This document shows positions 25,948-34,972 of a DNA stretch of 56,331 nt, one piece after another. Below the pieces are notes generated by a model that was not told where the DNA came from, did no database searches, and was given only the letters and a program-made list of their open reading frames with translations. The position numbers and the translations under genes were made by a program. The DNA lies in the IMG/VR virus record IMGVR_UViG_3300030451_001708, positions 1-56,331 of that record, one strand, 5' to 3'. The first letter of the stretch is position 1. Every line of letters begins with the position of its first letter. Origin of the DNA: a virus. Its lineage: Duplodnaviria > Caudoviricetes.

Positions 25948-26381
25948 TTGACGGAAAAAAATTGAAAAGATTAAGAAAATTAAAGTTTTATAACCAATGC
26001 GAACTGGCAGAAAAAGCGGGGGTGAGCCAATCTTTACTAAGCAGGCTTGAACGCAATGAGGTTAAGTTTCCTAGATTTATTCCTCTAGAAAAACTTGCAA
26101 TTGCGTTGGAGGATACAAGTTTTTTGTACGCAACAAATGAAGAGGAGCATCAAAAACAAACGTCCGCAGAAAAAGCAAGTTTCATGTCCGATCATTTATC
26201 TAAATTAACCGCAAATGATGTAGATGACAGAGTATGTATGCACTACGTCGTGGATCGATTGGATGAACTGATTGAGACGGTAGACCCTGCAAAGGTTCAG
26301 AAAAGATTATGTGATTTTAAACAAGAACTGGTTTACAACTTAGGTGTGAACACAAGGATCAAGAGAAAAGGAGAAGACTAA
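25944..26381 (+). CDS. XRE-family HTH regulator
   Basis: GKKLKRLRK...NQCELAEKAGVSQSLLSRLERN. Confidence 0.85.
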   Translation: MIDGKKLKRLRKLKFYNQCELAEKAGVSQSLLSRLERNEVKFPRFIPLEKLAIALEDTSFLYATNEEEHQKQTSAEKASFMSDHLSKLTANDVDDRVCMHYVVDRLDELIETVDPAKVQKRLCDFKQELVYNLGVNTRIKRKGED

Positions 26382-26629
26382 TGATCAAGGAGTTTTGGAA
26401 ACGATTAACTAACAAGCGTCGAAGTAACAAGGCACTTACTCGGAAGGAGCAAGTCTTGGCTGAACTCGATCGAGGTCCAGGGACAGCGCGACAATTGTCA
26501 GACCGGATGGGTTTGAAGTTATCAATTGTGCGAAACAATCTTTCGCAGCTACACAAAAAAGGTTTGGTTCGGGACACTAATATAGACGCAGGCGCAGAGG
26601 GCGTGTGGGAGGTGGTCAAGGATGTTTAA
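26381..26629 (+). CDS. Winged-helix DNA-binding protein
   Basis: EQVLAEL...TARQLSDRMGLKLSIVRNNLSQLHKKGLV. Confidence 0.75.
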   Translation: MIKEFWKRLTNKRRSNKALTRKEQVLAELDRGPGTARQLSDRMGLKLSIVRNNLSQLHKKGLVRDTNIDAGAEGVWEVVKDV

Positions 26630-26870
26630 ACTTTTCTACACGTTACTCGTTATTGAGTACGTGGTTGAAGACCAAGACGTAGCAACGTCTGTTATTTTCC
26701 CGAGTGAAAAGGCTTGTTACGATGCCATGGGCGACGGAGTGATGGATAATCTGTACGACATCCTTGCTGATACATACGGCAAGGAGATCATGATGTACTG
26801 TAGACGCACACCGTTCATGTCAGGCATAAAAGAAATTGACGTAAAGCCAAAGGTCAGACCAGATGGGTGA
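26622..26870 (+). CDS. Small protein with hydrophobic N-terminus and two Cys
   Basis: FYTLLVIEY...FPSEKAC...MYC; coupled. Confidence 0.65.
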   Translation: MFKLFYTLLVIEYVVEDQDVATSVIFPSEKACYDAMGDGVMDNLYDILADTYGKEIMMYCRRTPFMSGIKEIDVKPKVRPDG

Positions 26871-26997
26871 AAGGGAAAACTTAGAAAAAATGCTTAAATC
26901 TCGTGATCTAAAACAAACAGAAATAGATAAGATTAAAAAACAATGGGAGGAGATTTTTGAAGACAGAGAACTATGGAGAAAGTTATCTGATGGGTGA
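26863..26997 (+). CDS. 44-aa protein (not in ORF track)
   Basis: MGERENLEKMLKSRDLKQTEIDKIKKQWEEIFEDRELWRKLSDG; 8-nt overlaps on both sides. Confidence 0.55.
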   Translation: MGERENLEKMLKSRDLKQTEIDKIKKQWEEIFEDRELWRKLSDG

Positions 26998-27178
26998 TAA
27001 AGATTTAAGTCCTGCGCTCAAGTTTGAATACCGTTTTCTAAGACAACAAGTTGATAGGTTGCAAGATGAACTCGGGCGCAGGGATCGACCCAGAAATACA
27101 GAACAGGACTTGTTTCGTGCGCGGGAAGAGTTGAAATCGTTTGTTTCAAAGTTAAGATTGAGCGGAATTAAGATATGA
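26990..27178 (+). CDS. Small coiled-coil protein
   Basis: MGDKDLSPAL...; ATGA coupling downstream. Confidence 0.65.
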   Translation: MGDKDLSPALKFEYRFLRQQVDRLQDELGRRDRPRNTEQDLFRAREELKSFVSKLRLSGIKI

Positions 27179-27366
27179 CGAAATGTATTAAGACGGATAA
27201 GGAATGGATGAGTCACATACGCAGAGAAGGACACAGAAAAAAGAGCAAAGTAAGCTTGGCTGAACCACCATGGAAAGATCGTGAGGCCAACGCGGGGAAC
27301 AATCCTTCACCTTTACCCAAGGTGAGCGTCAGCCTCAGTAAGGAGAATAAATGGACGAAAGATTAG
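27175..27366 (+). CDS. Hypothetical protein
   Basis: Coupled 63-aa ORF. Confidence 0.5.
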   Translation: MTKCIKTDKEWMSHIRREGHRKKSKVSLAEPPWKDREANAGNNPSPLPKVSVSLSKENKWTKD

Positions 27367-27521
27367 ATTCAATAGTAGAATTGCTACGAAATAGACAAAA
27401 AGAACTTGACGATATAGAATGGGATGATCCCCAAGATCCAAGGATTGAGGGGCTTGTTCGAGAGATAAGAGATTACAAAGAAAAACTTAACAAAGGAGAG
27501 ATATATGACCCAAGGTTTTAA
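27351..27521 (+). CDS. 56-aa protein (not in ORF track)
   Basis: AAGGAG SD; MDERLDSIVELLRNRQKELDDIEWDD...GEIYDPRF. Confidence 0.65.
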   Translation: MDERLDSIVELLRNRQKELDDIEWDDPQDPRIEGLVREIRDYKEKLNKGEIYDPRF

Positions 27522-27930
27522 TACTACTGCCATGCCTGTCATTGTTGATGGGATAACAAATTCAAACAGTGCGTTCGGTGCAACCGAAGAAGGGGAAGCG
27601 GTGTTCTTCAACACACGAATTGTACAGCGCATGAACCTGGAGGAAGGGCAAATGGTTTACGCACATTGCATTCCAAACTATGAGGACAAGAGGGATCAAA
27701 TACCGTGGCGTTGCATTCGGATTGAGGAAGATTTAGAAAAAAGAAACATACCTGGGAATGGAAGACACGAGACCGCTGTAATAAAAAAGTTTTTCGAAGA
27801 AAACGACGAAGTTTGGACATTGGAAGAGATCGTAAACGAAACAAAACTAAGTGAAGATGTGGTGGAACATGTGCTTGAGCTGCGCCCAGATCTTTTTAAA
27901 GAAGTAACGGCATATGTACTTGTTAGTTAG
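27505..27930 (+). CDS. Cold-shock/OB-fold-like protein with possible C-terminal HTH
   Basis: SAFGATEEGEAVFF...IPN...PWRC; WTLEEIVNETKLSEDVV. Confidence 0.5.
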   Translation: MTQGFNTTAMPVIVDGITNSNSAFGATEEGEAVFFNTRIVQRMNLEEGQMVYAHCIPNYEDKRDQIPWRCIRIEEDLEKRNIPGNGRHETAVIKKFFEENDEVWTLEEIVNETKLSEDVVEHVLELRPDLFKEVTAYVLVS

Positions 27931-27970
27931 TGTCATGTAGTGTACAAGTAATAACAAAAAGGAGACAAGT

Positions 27971-28141
27971 ATGCCGAGAAAAAAGATGAAGGATTCAGAT
28001 AAACAACAGTTTCAGAATGTTGGATTATTGAAAGAGGATCATGATGCGCTTCGTAAACTGTCAGAGCACGAGCAAAGATCCATGGCTCGTCAATTGTCGG
28101 TTATGATACGGAAAGCTGTTGATGAAATGCAAGCTGCATGA
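27971..28141 (+). CDS. Arc/MetJ-type ribbon-helix-helix regulator (56 aa, not in ORF track)
   Basis: AAGGAG SD; FQNVGLLKEDHDALRKLSEHEQRSMARQLSVMIRKA. Confidence 0.75.
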   Translation: MPRKKMKDSDKQQFQNVGLLKEDHDALRKLSEHEQRSMARQLSVMIRKAVDEMQAA

Positions 28142-28197
28142 TAGTATAGTTTAACTGCTCGATGAGAAAGGTTCATGCCTGTGGTCTTTCTCCCAAA

Positions 28198-28428
28198 CTA
28201 GCCCCCTTTTGGGGGCTTCTTTTCGGGCCACTCACCTTTTTTGTAGCCTCTGACTTCGGCAAGTCCGGCAGAGCCACGGGGTTTGAGATTGGAGCAGAAT
28301 GCTTTGGCTACATCGAAATCAAGACCAGTCATTTCTGCTAGTTCTTTTGCTGCTGTTTCGCGGGATGCGTACCCAGTTGCACGTTCTACCATAAGCTGTG
28401 TTACTTTTTCGGGGTCAAACTTAGCCAT
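28198..28428 (-). CDS. Hypothetical protein downstream of the SNF2 helicase
   Basis: 76-aa ORF with GAGG SD overlapping the helicase end. Confidence 0.6.
   Translation of the reverse strand: MAKFDPEKVTQLMVERATGYASRETAAKELAEMTGLDFDVAKAFCSNLKPRGSAGLAEVRGYKKGEWPEKKPPKGG
28200..28223 (+). terminator. Rho-independent terminator ending the early operon
   Basis: AGCCCCC-TTTT-GGGGGCT followed by TCTTTT. Confidence 0.8.
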
Positions 28429-29870
28429 TGCTTTGCCTCTTCACCTAACACCTTTGCACCTATGTCTATTTTTGCACGGAGTGCTTTGACGATATGCTCA
28501 TCTATTGTGCGCTCAGTTATCAAATCAACATACGTCACGTTGTTCTTCTGTCCAATCCGATGCGCCCGATCCTCTGACTGGATACGAGTTTCAAGATTAA
28601 AGTCATTAGCATAGTAGACCACCAGGTTAGCTTCGGTCAATGTCAGACCGTATCCGGCGGTGGCAGGATTACCAACAAAACATTTCAATGGGTGATCTGG
28701 GTTTTGAAAGTCTTGGACAATATTGTTTCGATCCTCGTCTGAAGTATCCCCGTAGTAGGCAGCTGCGTAACCTTCGCCGTGTTTCTTGTTGAGCGTGGAC
28801 ACAATCTGTTGGATGTCATATCGGAACCGAGACCAGACAATAACTTTACCATCGTGTTCTTCAAGTATTTCTTCCAGTGCCTCCATACGTTTGGATTGGA
28901 AGTAAACCATGTCACCATCGTCGGTCTTGAGATGTCCCGACAGGATCTGTTGCAAGCGGAGCATTTGTGTAATGACAGCCGGAGCCGTACTCATCTCCCC
29001 ATTTTCCAACAGAACCATGGCATGTTTACGGATCTGGTTGTACATGTTCACTTGTTCTGCGGTCATGCCTACATATCGGACAGTATATATTTTATCTGGC
29101 AGATCGAGGCAGTCCTTTTTTAGAACGCGATAACTGAATTGGTCTATCTTTGCAGTGAGTTCATCCAAATTGCGGTATCCGACAAGCTGTTGGAATGCAT
29201 GTGAACCCATGGTCTTGCGTACCATGATGGCATACCGTCCTTGGAATGCGTAGTATGAATCATAACCTAAGAGACCTGGTCGGAGAAACTCAGTCTGAGA
29301 AAAAATATCCATTGGTGATTTGGTAATCGGAGAACCAGTCAAAAGTCTGCGGTATTTGAAGTCAGCTGCAATCTTCATCAATGCTTTGGTTCGTTTAGCT
29401 TTGTGGTTCTTGATAGTTGTGCTTTCGTCTATAGCAATCATGCCATGGGTGCCAAGTTTTCTTGCCATCCACTCGCCACCGTTCCTACCTTTGGGCGTAG
29501 AGAATGATTCGACATTCATTACAAAAATAGTCAAACCTTCGAAATGATCCTTGACTGAACGCATTTCTTCTTGTTGACTTTTATTGGGGGAGGCCACCCA
29601 TCGAATCACTCTGTACGGTATGTCATCAGACATATGTTCTGGGATTTCTTTTGATACCCAGTTACGGTAAACGCCTTTCGGTGCGATGACCAAAGCAAAG
29701 TTTATTGCTCCCCGTAAGTACAACATACCCATGTTGTCGATCAAAACCTTGGACTTACCTGTTCCCATCTCCATGAACAGGCCAAACTCCCGGCGATCCC
29801 AACCGAGTTTCAATGCCTCGAGTTGGTGGTTAAATGGTTTTAATTTAAATTTGTAGTTGACATCCATCAT
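28401..29870 (-). CDS. SNF2-family (SF2) helicase
   Basis: PFNHQ, MEMGTGKS, IDES, LTGSP, GYGLTL, QSEDRAHRIGQ. Confidence 0.92.
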   Translation of the reverse strand: MMDVNYKFKLKPFNHQLEALKLGWDRREFGLFMEMGTGKSKVLIDNMGMLYLRGAINFALVIAPKGVYRNWVSKEIPEHMSDDIPYRVIRWVASPNKSQQEEMRSVKDHFEGLTIFVMNVESFSTPKGRNGGEWMARKLGTHGMIAIDESTTIKNHKAKRTKALMKIAADFKYRRLLTGSPITKSPMDIFSQTEFLRPGLLGYDSYYAFQGRYAIMVRKTMGSHAFQQLVGYRNLDELTAKIDQFSYRVLKKDCLDLPDKIYTVRYVGMTAEQVNMYNQIRKHAMVLLENGEMSTAPAVITQMLRLQQILSGHLKTDDGDMVYFQSKRMEALEEILEEHDGKVIVWSRFRYDIQQIVSTLNKKHGEGYAAAYYGDTSDEDRNNIVQDFQNPDHPLKCFVGNPATAGYGLTLTEANLVVYYANDFNLETRIQSEDRAHRIGQKNNVTYVDLITERTIDEHIVKALRAKIDIGAKVLGEEAKQWLSLTPKK

Positions 29871-29886
29871 ATACCTCCACTAATGT
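29857..29886 (+). promoter_or_regulatory. Candidate promoter for the replication operon, overlapping the start of the divergent helicase gene
   Basis: TTGACA-18 nt-TAATGT. Confidence 0.45.
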
Positions 29887-29946
29887 CTATACAGTGGATA
29901 GCACGAGGCGTCCACATAAATCAACCCTGAAGAGGAAATACTTGTA

Positions 29947-30510
29947 ATGGCGAATGATGAAATATTCGAAGACATCTTTGACGAGGCTAGTGCGTTAAAG
30001 AATGTAGACACAGACACTGGCAAGACTCTGAGTTCTCTGGTTCGAGATATGAAAAACCTTGAGGACAAGATTGATGAGGCTGAAAACCATTTGAAAAGTT
30101 TGAAGTCTCAAAAACATTCGTTAGCTTCGGAACAAATCCCAATGCTGATGGATGAGATGGGTGTAGATCGGATCGATGTAGATGGTCTCACTGTTTCAAC
30201 TAAGCTACAAGTTCACGCATCCATACCAGTTGCGAGGAGAGAAGAAGCTTACACCTGGTTACGAGAAAACAATTTAGATAGCATCATCAAGAATGATGTG
30301 ACTGTTTCCTTCGGGAAAGGTGAAGATAATATTGCAGGGGACGTTGTTGGTTTGCTGCAAGAGAAGGGTTTTGATCCGAAGACCAAGACCCACGTTCATG
30401 CACAGACGCTCAAGGCTTTTGTAAAGGAACGTATCACAGAAGGTAAACCAATAGACCTTGACTTGTTCGGGGCATACTCAATGAACACTGCGGAAATAAG
30501 GAGGAAATAA
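29947..30510 (+). CDS. Replication-module coiled-coil protein
   Basis: Coiled coil, then IPMLMDEMG, WLRENNLDSIIK, VHAQTLKAFVKE; first gene of the replication operon. Confidence 0.7.
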   Translation: MANDEIFEDIFDEASALKNVDTDTGKTLSSLVRDMKNLEDKIDEAENHLKSLKSQKHSLASEQIPMLMDEMGVDRIDVDGLTVSTKLQVHASIPVARREEAYTWLRENNLDSIIKNDVTVSFGKGEDNIAGDVVGLLQEKGFDPKTKTHVHAQTLKAFVKERITEGKPIDLDLFGAYSMNTAEIRRK

Positions 30511-30511
30511 T

Positions 30512-31330
30512 ATGAACACAGCAGTAGCAAAAACAAAAGGTGTGGAAGTTAGCACAGAGTTAATGGACGACATCTTTGCAGACGCAGGGGCAGGATCTTC
30601 CTTTGCCGCTGAAGAAATGACCATGCCGTTCATTCGGTTGGCACAACAAATGTCACCACAGGTTAACAAAAACAAACCTGAGTACATCAAAGGTATTGGT
30701 GCAGGGGACATCTTCAACAACCTTACTGGTGAATACTGGGATGGATCAGAGGGTATGCGTGTCGTTGCCTGTGCATCTGTCACTAAGTACACCGAATGGG
30801 TGCCCATGGATGATGGTGGTGGATTTGTAGGTGAGTTAGCACCAGACGATCCAGTCATCAAACAAGCTGTTCGGGAGGGGAACAAAGAACTTCTTCCAAA
30901 CGGTAATGAGATGGTCAAAGCTGACAACTATTATGTGTTGTATGAAACTTCGGATGGGGCGTGGAACCCTGCGGTCTTGGACATGAAGATCACGGCGTTG
31001 AAAGTGAGCCGTCGTTGGAAGTCACAGATCAATCTGCAAACAGCAAAACATCCAAAGACTGGTCAGGTTGTAAAGCTTCCTATCTTTGCAAACATCTGGC
31101 GTGTGTCCTCTGTTGAAGAGACAAACAAAAACGATCAGTCATATGCGAACTACTCTGTACAATTAGAGGGTCGCATTAAAGAAACAGACTTGTACCAACA
31201 AGCAAAGGCTCTCTTCGTTTCAGTGCAGGACGGAGAGGTAAAGGCTGCGGCACCAGAGGAGAGGGCTTCCACTCCTGATACCTCTGATGACAAGAATGCG
31301 GAAGTTAAGGACGACGAAATCCCATTCTAG
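30512..31330 (+). CDS. Single-stranded DNA-binding protein candidate
   Basis: PFIRLAQQMSPQV, YTEW; acidic tail ending DDEIPF. Confidence 0.7.
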   Translation: MNTAVAKTKGVEVSTELMDDIFADAGAGSSFAAEEMTMPFIRLAQQMSPQVNKNKPEYIKGIGAGDIFNNLTGEYWDGSEGMRVVACASVTKYTEWVPMDDGGGFVGELAPDDPVIKQAVREGNKELLPNGNEMVKADNYYVLYETSDGAWNPAVLDMKITALKVSRRWKSQINLQTAKHPKTGQVVKLPIFANIWRVSSVEETNKNDQSYANYSVQLEGRIKETDLYQQAKALFVSVQDGEVKAAAPEERASTPDTSDDKNAEVKDDEIPF

Positions 31331-31336
31331 CAGTCT

Positions 31337-31374
31337 GAGAGGGGCAGTTCTCCTATGCTGTCCCTCTTTTATTT
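31337..31374 (+). terminator. Hairpin with U tract between the SSB-like and primase genes (attenuating terminator)
   Basis: GAGAGGGGCAG...CTGTCCCTCTTTT. Confidence 0.6.
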
Positions 31375-31383
31375 GGAGCAGTT

Positions 31384-32916
31384 ATGTCACAATCAAAAAG
31401 ACTGCTTGCCGCTTTTGTTGGGGCTAAGAACGCACATGGTACAACTGTCGTTGGTCGCACAAATCGTAACGGTAAAGCAGAATCACAGAGCAGAATAATT
31501 AGGGAACCTCTTACTGAAGAGTTAGTTCAGCAGCACATTGACGGGGTCAATGGTGTTGGTGCTATTCCTATTGATGAAGATAACATGTGCAAGTGGGGTG
31601 CGTTGGACGTAGATATCTATGACCTCGATCACAAGAGTTTACAGAACAAAATACAGAAGTTAAAGCTTCCGCTGCTGCATTGCAGATCTAAATCTGGTGG
31701 AGCGCATTTGTATTTGTTTCTCAAAGAGTTTGAACAAGCCGCAGTGGTGCGAGAGTATCTTACCGAGATGTCTATTGCACTGGGACAAAGCGGTTGCGAG
31801 ATCTTTCCAAAGCAAGACACAATCATCACGGAGCGTGGAGACGTAGGCAACTTTATCAACATGCCATACTTCAATGCGGAGATGCCACAACGGTATTGTT
31901 TCAACAGCAAGGTTGAGGCCATGGAACTGGATGAGTTTCTTGATGCGATAGACAAGAAGCAGACTAGCCTTGCAGACCTTGAAGCACTCCAGATGTCTAA
32001 GCCCAGGGAGATCTTTCCCAAGGGGCCGCCATGCTTGAAACATATATTTGCAGACGGACCGCAATCAGAACCAAGAAACAAGTTGCTGTTTATGATGTGC
32101 AAGTATGCGAAACTAAGCAACCCAGATCACTGGCAACAACAAGCGGAGGAGATGAATAGGGCGATGTTCAACCCACCTTTGAGTTCGCAAGAGGTAACAA
32201 ATACAATCAAGCAACATGAGAAAAAAGAATACGGATATACATGTAAGGACGAACCGTTCAAAAGCCACTGCGATCCTACGGTTTGTGCTCAACAGAAGTT
32301 TGGTATCGGAGGAGATGCGCCAGATGCACCTCGTGTTGATGGCCTGAGTATCATGTTATCAGAACCACGTTTATATTTTATGGATGTAAACGGTCAGCGG
32401 TTACAGTTAAGCACGGAGCAGCTACAGAACCAAACGCTCTGGCAACGTGCCTGTATGGAGCAAAAGAATTTTATGCCTCCGACCATGAAGCCACAGAAGT
32501 GGCAACAAACTATCAATACACTTATGCAAAATGCCACATACCTCGATGTTCCCGAGGAGTTGACTGTGGCAGGGGAGTTCAAGCAACATATGCAAACATA
32601 TTGTACAAGTCATATCAGAGCACTGGCTCCAGAAGAAATGGAGATGGGCAAGCCTTGGACAGACGCCGGAGTTACTAAGTTCACCTTGCCTGGACTCTTG
32701 GAGTTTTTGCATCAACGCAGATTTACTGGTCATACCAGAGCGCAGATCATACAGATGATTCGTGATCTTGGTGGTGACAGTACAGTTCAAGCGATTGTAA
32801 AGAGGACACCAAAGGGTGAAGTAAGAAGCACCATACGTTGTTGGTGGATACCTGCATTTGACGAGGGAGAAATGACACTAGGAAAAGAGGAGTTCGAAAA
32901 TGACATCCCCTTCTAA
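31384..32916 (+). CDS. Archaeo-eukaryotic primase (AEP) superfamily primase/polymerase
   Basis: WGALDVD (motif I), SKSGGAHLY (motif II), EIFPKQ, GNFINMPY, PPC; Cys cluster YTC...HC...C. Confidence 0.85.
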   Translation: MSQSKRLLAAFVGAKNAHGTTVVGRTNRNGKAESQSRIIREPLTEELVQQHIDGVNGVGAIPIDEDNMCKWGALDVDIYDLDHKSLQNKIQKLKLPLLHCRSKSGGAHLYLFLKEFEQAAVVREYLTEMSIALGQSGCEIFPKQDTIITERGDVGNFINMPYFNAEMPQRYCFNSKVEAMELDEFLDAIDKKQTSLADLEALQMSKPREIFPKGPPCLKHIFADGPQSEPRNKLLFMMCKYAKLSNPDHWQQQAEEMNRAMFNPPLSSQEVTNTIKQHEKKEYGYTCKDEPFKSHCDPTVCAQQKFGIGGDAPDAPRVDGLSIMLSEPRLYFMDVNGQRLQLSTEQLQNQTLWQRACMEQKNFMPPTMKPQKWQQTINTLMQNATYLDVPEELTVAGEFKQHMQTYCTSHIRALAPEEMEMGKPWTDAGVTKFTLPGLLEFLHQRRFTGHTRAQIIQMIRDLGGDSTVQAIVKRTPKGEVRSTIRCWWIPAFDEGEMTLGKEEFENDIPF

Positions 32917-33124
32917 TAGGCTTTTGAGAGTGGGTGAGGTGGCAGATCTATTGGGTGTGTCACGATCTTACGTCTACAAGCTATCACAAAACTCAGACAG
33001 TTTTCCAAAGCCCATAGTTCTGGGGCCAGAAGACAACAAGCGATCATCGAGTCGTTGGGTTTTGTCTGAAATAGAAGACTGGGTAAACACCAGACCAAGA
33101 GGCAAAGAGTATGATACAGAATAG
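32900..33124 (+). CDS. AlpA/excisionase-like HTH protein
   Basis: LLRVGEVADLLGVSRSYVYKL...FPKPIVLG...RWVLSEIEDWV. Confidence 0.85.
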   Translation: MTSPSNRLLRVGEVADLLGVSRSYVYKLSQNSDSFPKPIVLGPEDNKRSSSRWVLSEIEDWVNTRPRGKEYDTE

Positions 33125-34640
33125 TAAGTTAATACTTGGACCTCCAGGTTGCGGTAAAACCTATCGATTGATCCAAGAGATAGAAGAGGCGTTGCAAAGC
33201 GGAGTGCATCCTTCTCGTATAGGTGTGATATCTTTTACAAGAAAAGCCATTGAGGAGATGATTACCCGTGCGTGTTCACAGTTTAATTTAGAGTCCAAAG
33301 ACTTTCCGTTTATGAGAACCAGTCACTCCCTTGGGTTTCATGGTCTGGGTTTGCAACCCGAAGATGTAATGAAACTTGCAGACTACAAAGCCATTGGAGA
33401 ACCTATTGGTCTGTCGTTTGAGAAAGAGGATGAGATAGATCTAGACGATGGGATGCGAACTCCTAATTTAGGAGGCACGGGTCAAGACTACTTACAGATG
33501 GACAGCCGTTCGAGGTATCGCATGGTTAGTCTGGAAGATGAGTTCAGCGCAACAAACAACTTCACTTTGTTCTACGCCAAGGCGGTACAGTTTCAAGGGA
33601 CACTGCAAGAATACAAAAGAACCACTGGCAAAGTAGACTTTATCGACATGATTGAACGGTACATTGAAATGGGTGAGTATCCAAATCTAGACTACTTGTT
33701 TGTGGACGAGGCACAAGATTTCACACCGCTACAGTGGGAGATGGTCAAGGGCATGTCTGAATGTGCAGATAAGATAATTATCGCAGGCGACGACGACCAA
33801 GCTGTGCATCGTTGGACTGGCGTAAACGTAAACCTGTTTATCCAAAGCTCTAGTAATATTGAGTATCTGACACAGTCTTACCGCATTCCGAGACGTGTTC
33901 ATGAACTAGCAGCTAGTATAGCCAACCGTATTGATGGGCGTATTGAAAAGAAGTTTGATCCTCGTGATGAATTAGGCACCGTTGAATATGTATATTACAT
34001 GGATCAGATACCTTTGAACGAAGGGTCTTGGACGATCATGGCAAGAACAAATAGGTATGTCAGGGACGTTGCATCTTTCCTACGAAACTCTGGTTTCAAA
34101 TATTCTATCAAGGGCAGACCTAGCATCTCAGAAAAACTGGTTGAGAACATGATGACTTGGGATGATCTGTGCCAAGGTAAAAAGATCAATACAGAACGGA
34201 TCAAAAAACTTTACGCTGCTGTGCCAAAGCAAGGGGAGGATGCCGTTGTCAAACGAGGTGCCTCAAAACTTTTGGAGGTGTTGACTCCCGAGGACGAAGT
34301 AGACATGGACACACTTCTGGATGAGTTTGGTTTGCTCCGAGATGCAAGTCACGCGGCATATGACATACTAAAAGTAAGTTACAAGGAACGAGATTACATC
34401 GAAGCAATCTATCGTAGAGGTGAGGATCTAACTTCTAAACCCCGTATCAAAGTCTCAACGTTTCACGCGATGAAAGGTGGAGAGGATGACAACTGTGTAG
34501 TGTTAGATAAGTCTACCGCTGCATGTGTGAACAGTGACCACCCAGATGATGAGCATCGAGCCTTTTATGTCGGCGTAACAAGAGCACGACATAATCTATA
34601 TATCGTTTTAACAGGAAACAAATACAGGTATATGTTATGA
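33111..34640 (+). CDS. UvrD/Rep-family (SF1) helicase
   Basis: GPPGCGKT, SFTRKA, VDEAQD, AGDDDQA, QSYR, TFHAMKGGE, FYVGVTRAR. Confidence 0.92.
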   Translation: MIQNSKLILGPPGCGKTYRLIQEIEEALQSGVHPSRIGVISFTRKAIEEMITRACSQFNLESKDFPFMRTSHSLGFHGLGLQPEDVMKLADYKAIGEPIGLSFEKEDEIDLDDGMRTPNLGGTGQDYLQMDSRSRYRMVSLEDEFSATNNFTLFYAKAVQFQGTLQEYKRTTGKVDFIDMIERYIEMGEYPNLDYLFVDEAQDFTPLQWEMVKGMSECADKIIIAGDDDQAVHRWTGVNVNLFIQSSSNIEYLTQSYRIPRRVHELAASIANRIDGRIEKKFDPRDELGTVEYVYYMDQIPLNEGSWTIMARTNRYVRDVASFLRNSGFKYSIKGRPSISEKLVENMMTWDDLCQGKKINTERIKKLYAAVPKQGEDAVVKRGASKLLEVLTPEDEVDMDTLLDEFGLLRDASHAAYDILKVSYKERDYIEAIYRRGEDLTSKPRIKVSTFHAMKGGEDDNCVVLDKSTAACVNSDHPDDEHRAFYVGVTRARHNLYIVLTGNKYRYML

Positions 34641-34972
34641 ATAGAAAAGAACTACTAGAAGCAGCAGAGAAATTAGTTAACGGACCTCGTGCAAAAGATT
34701 ACGGGGACGCTTTTGAAAACCATGACCGCATTGCAGAGGGATGGAACATAATCATAAGTGGGGCGTTAAGATCCCACGGATACCTGACCGCAGCTCACGT
34801 CGCATTGATGATGGACTGGGTCAAAACAAGCAGACTACTTGAGACTATAGACCACGAGGATTCGTGGATTGATAAGGCAGGATATACAGCATTAGGTGCA
34901 GAGTTCGTCACAAGAAACGAGCGAAGCGTTGAGGAGATACTAAGAGATGCAAAAAAATCTATTCGGAAGTGA
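34637..34972 (+). CDS. DUF6378-like phage protein
   Basis: GPRAKDYG, IAEGW, KTSR, HEDSWIDKAGY. Confidence 0.75.
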   Translation: MNRKELLEAAEKLVNGPRAKDYGDAFENHDRIAEGWNIIISGALRSHGYLTAAHVALMMDWVKTSRLLETIDHEDSWIDKAGYTALGAEFVTRNERSVEEILRDAKKSIRK

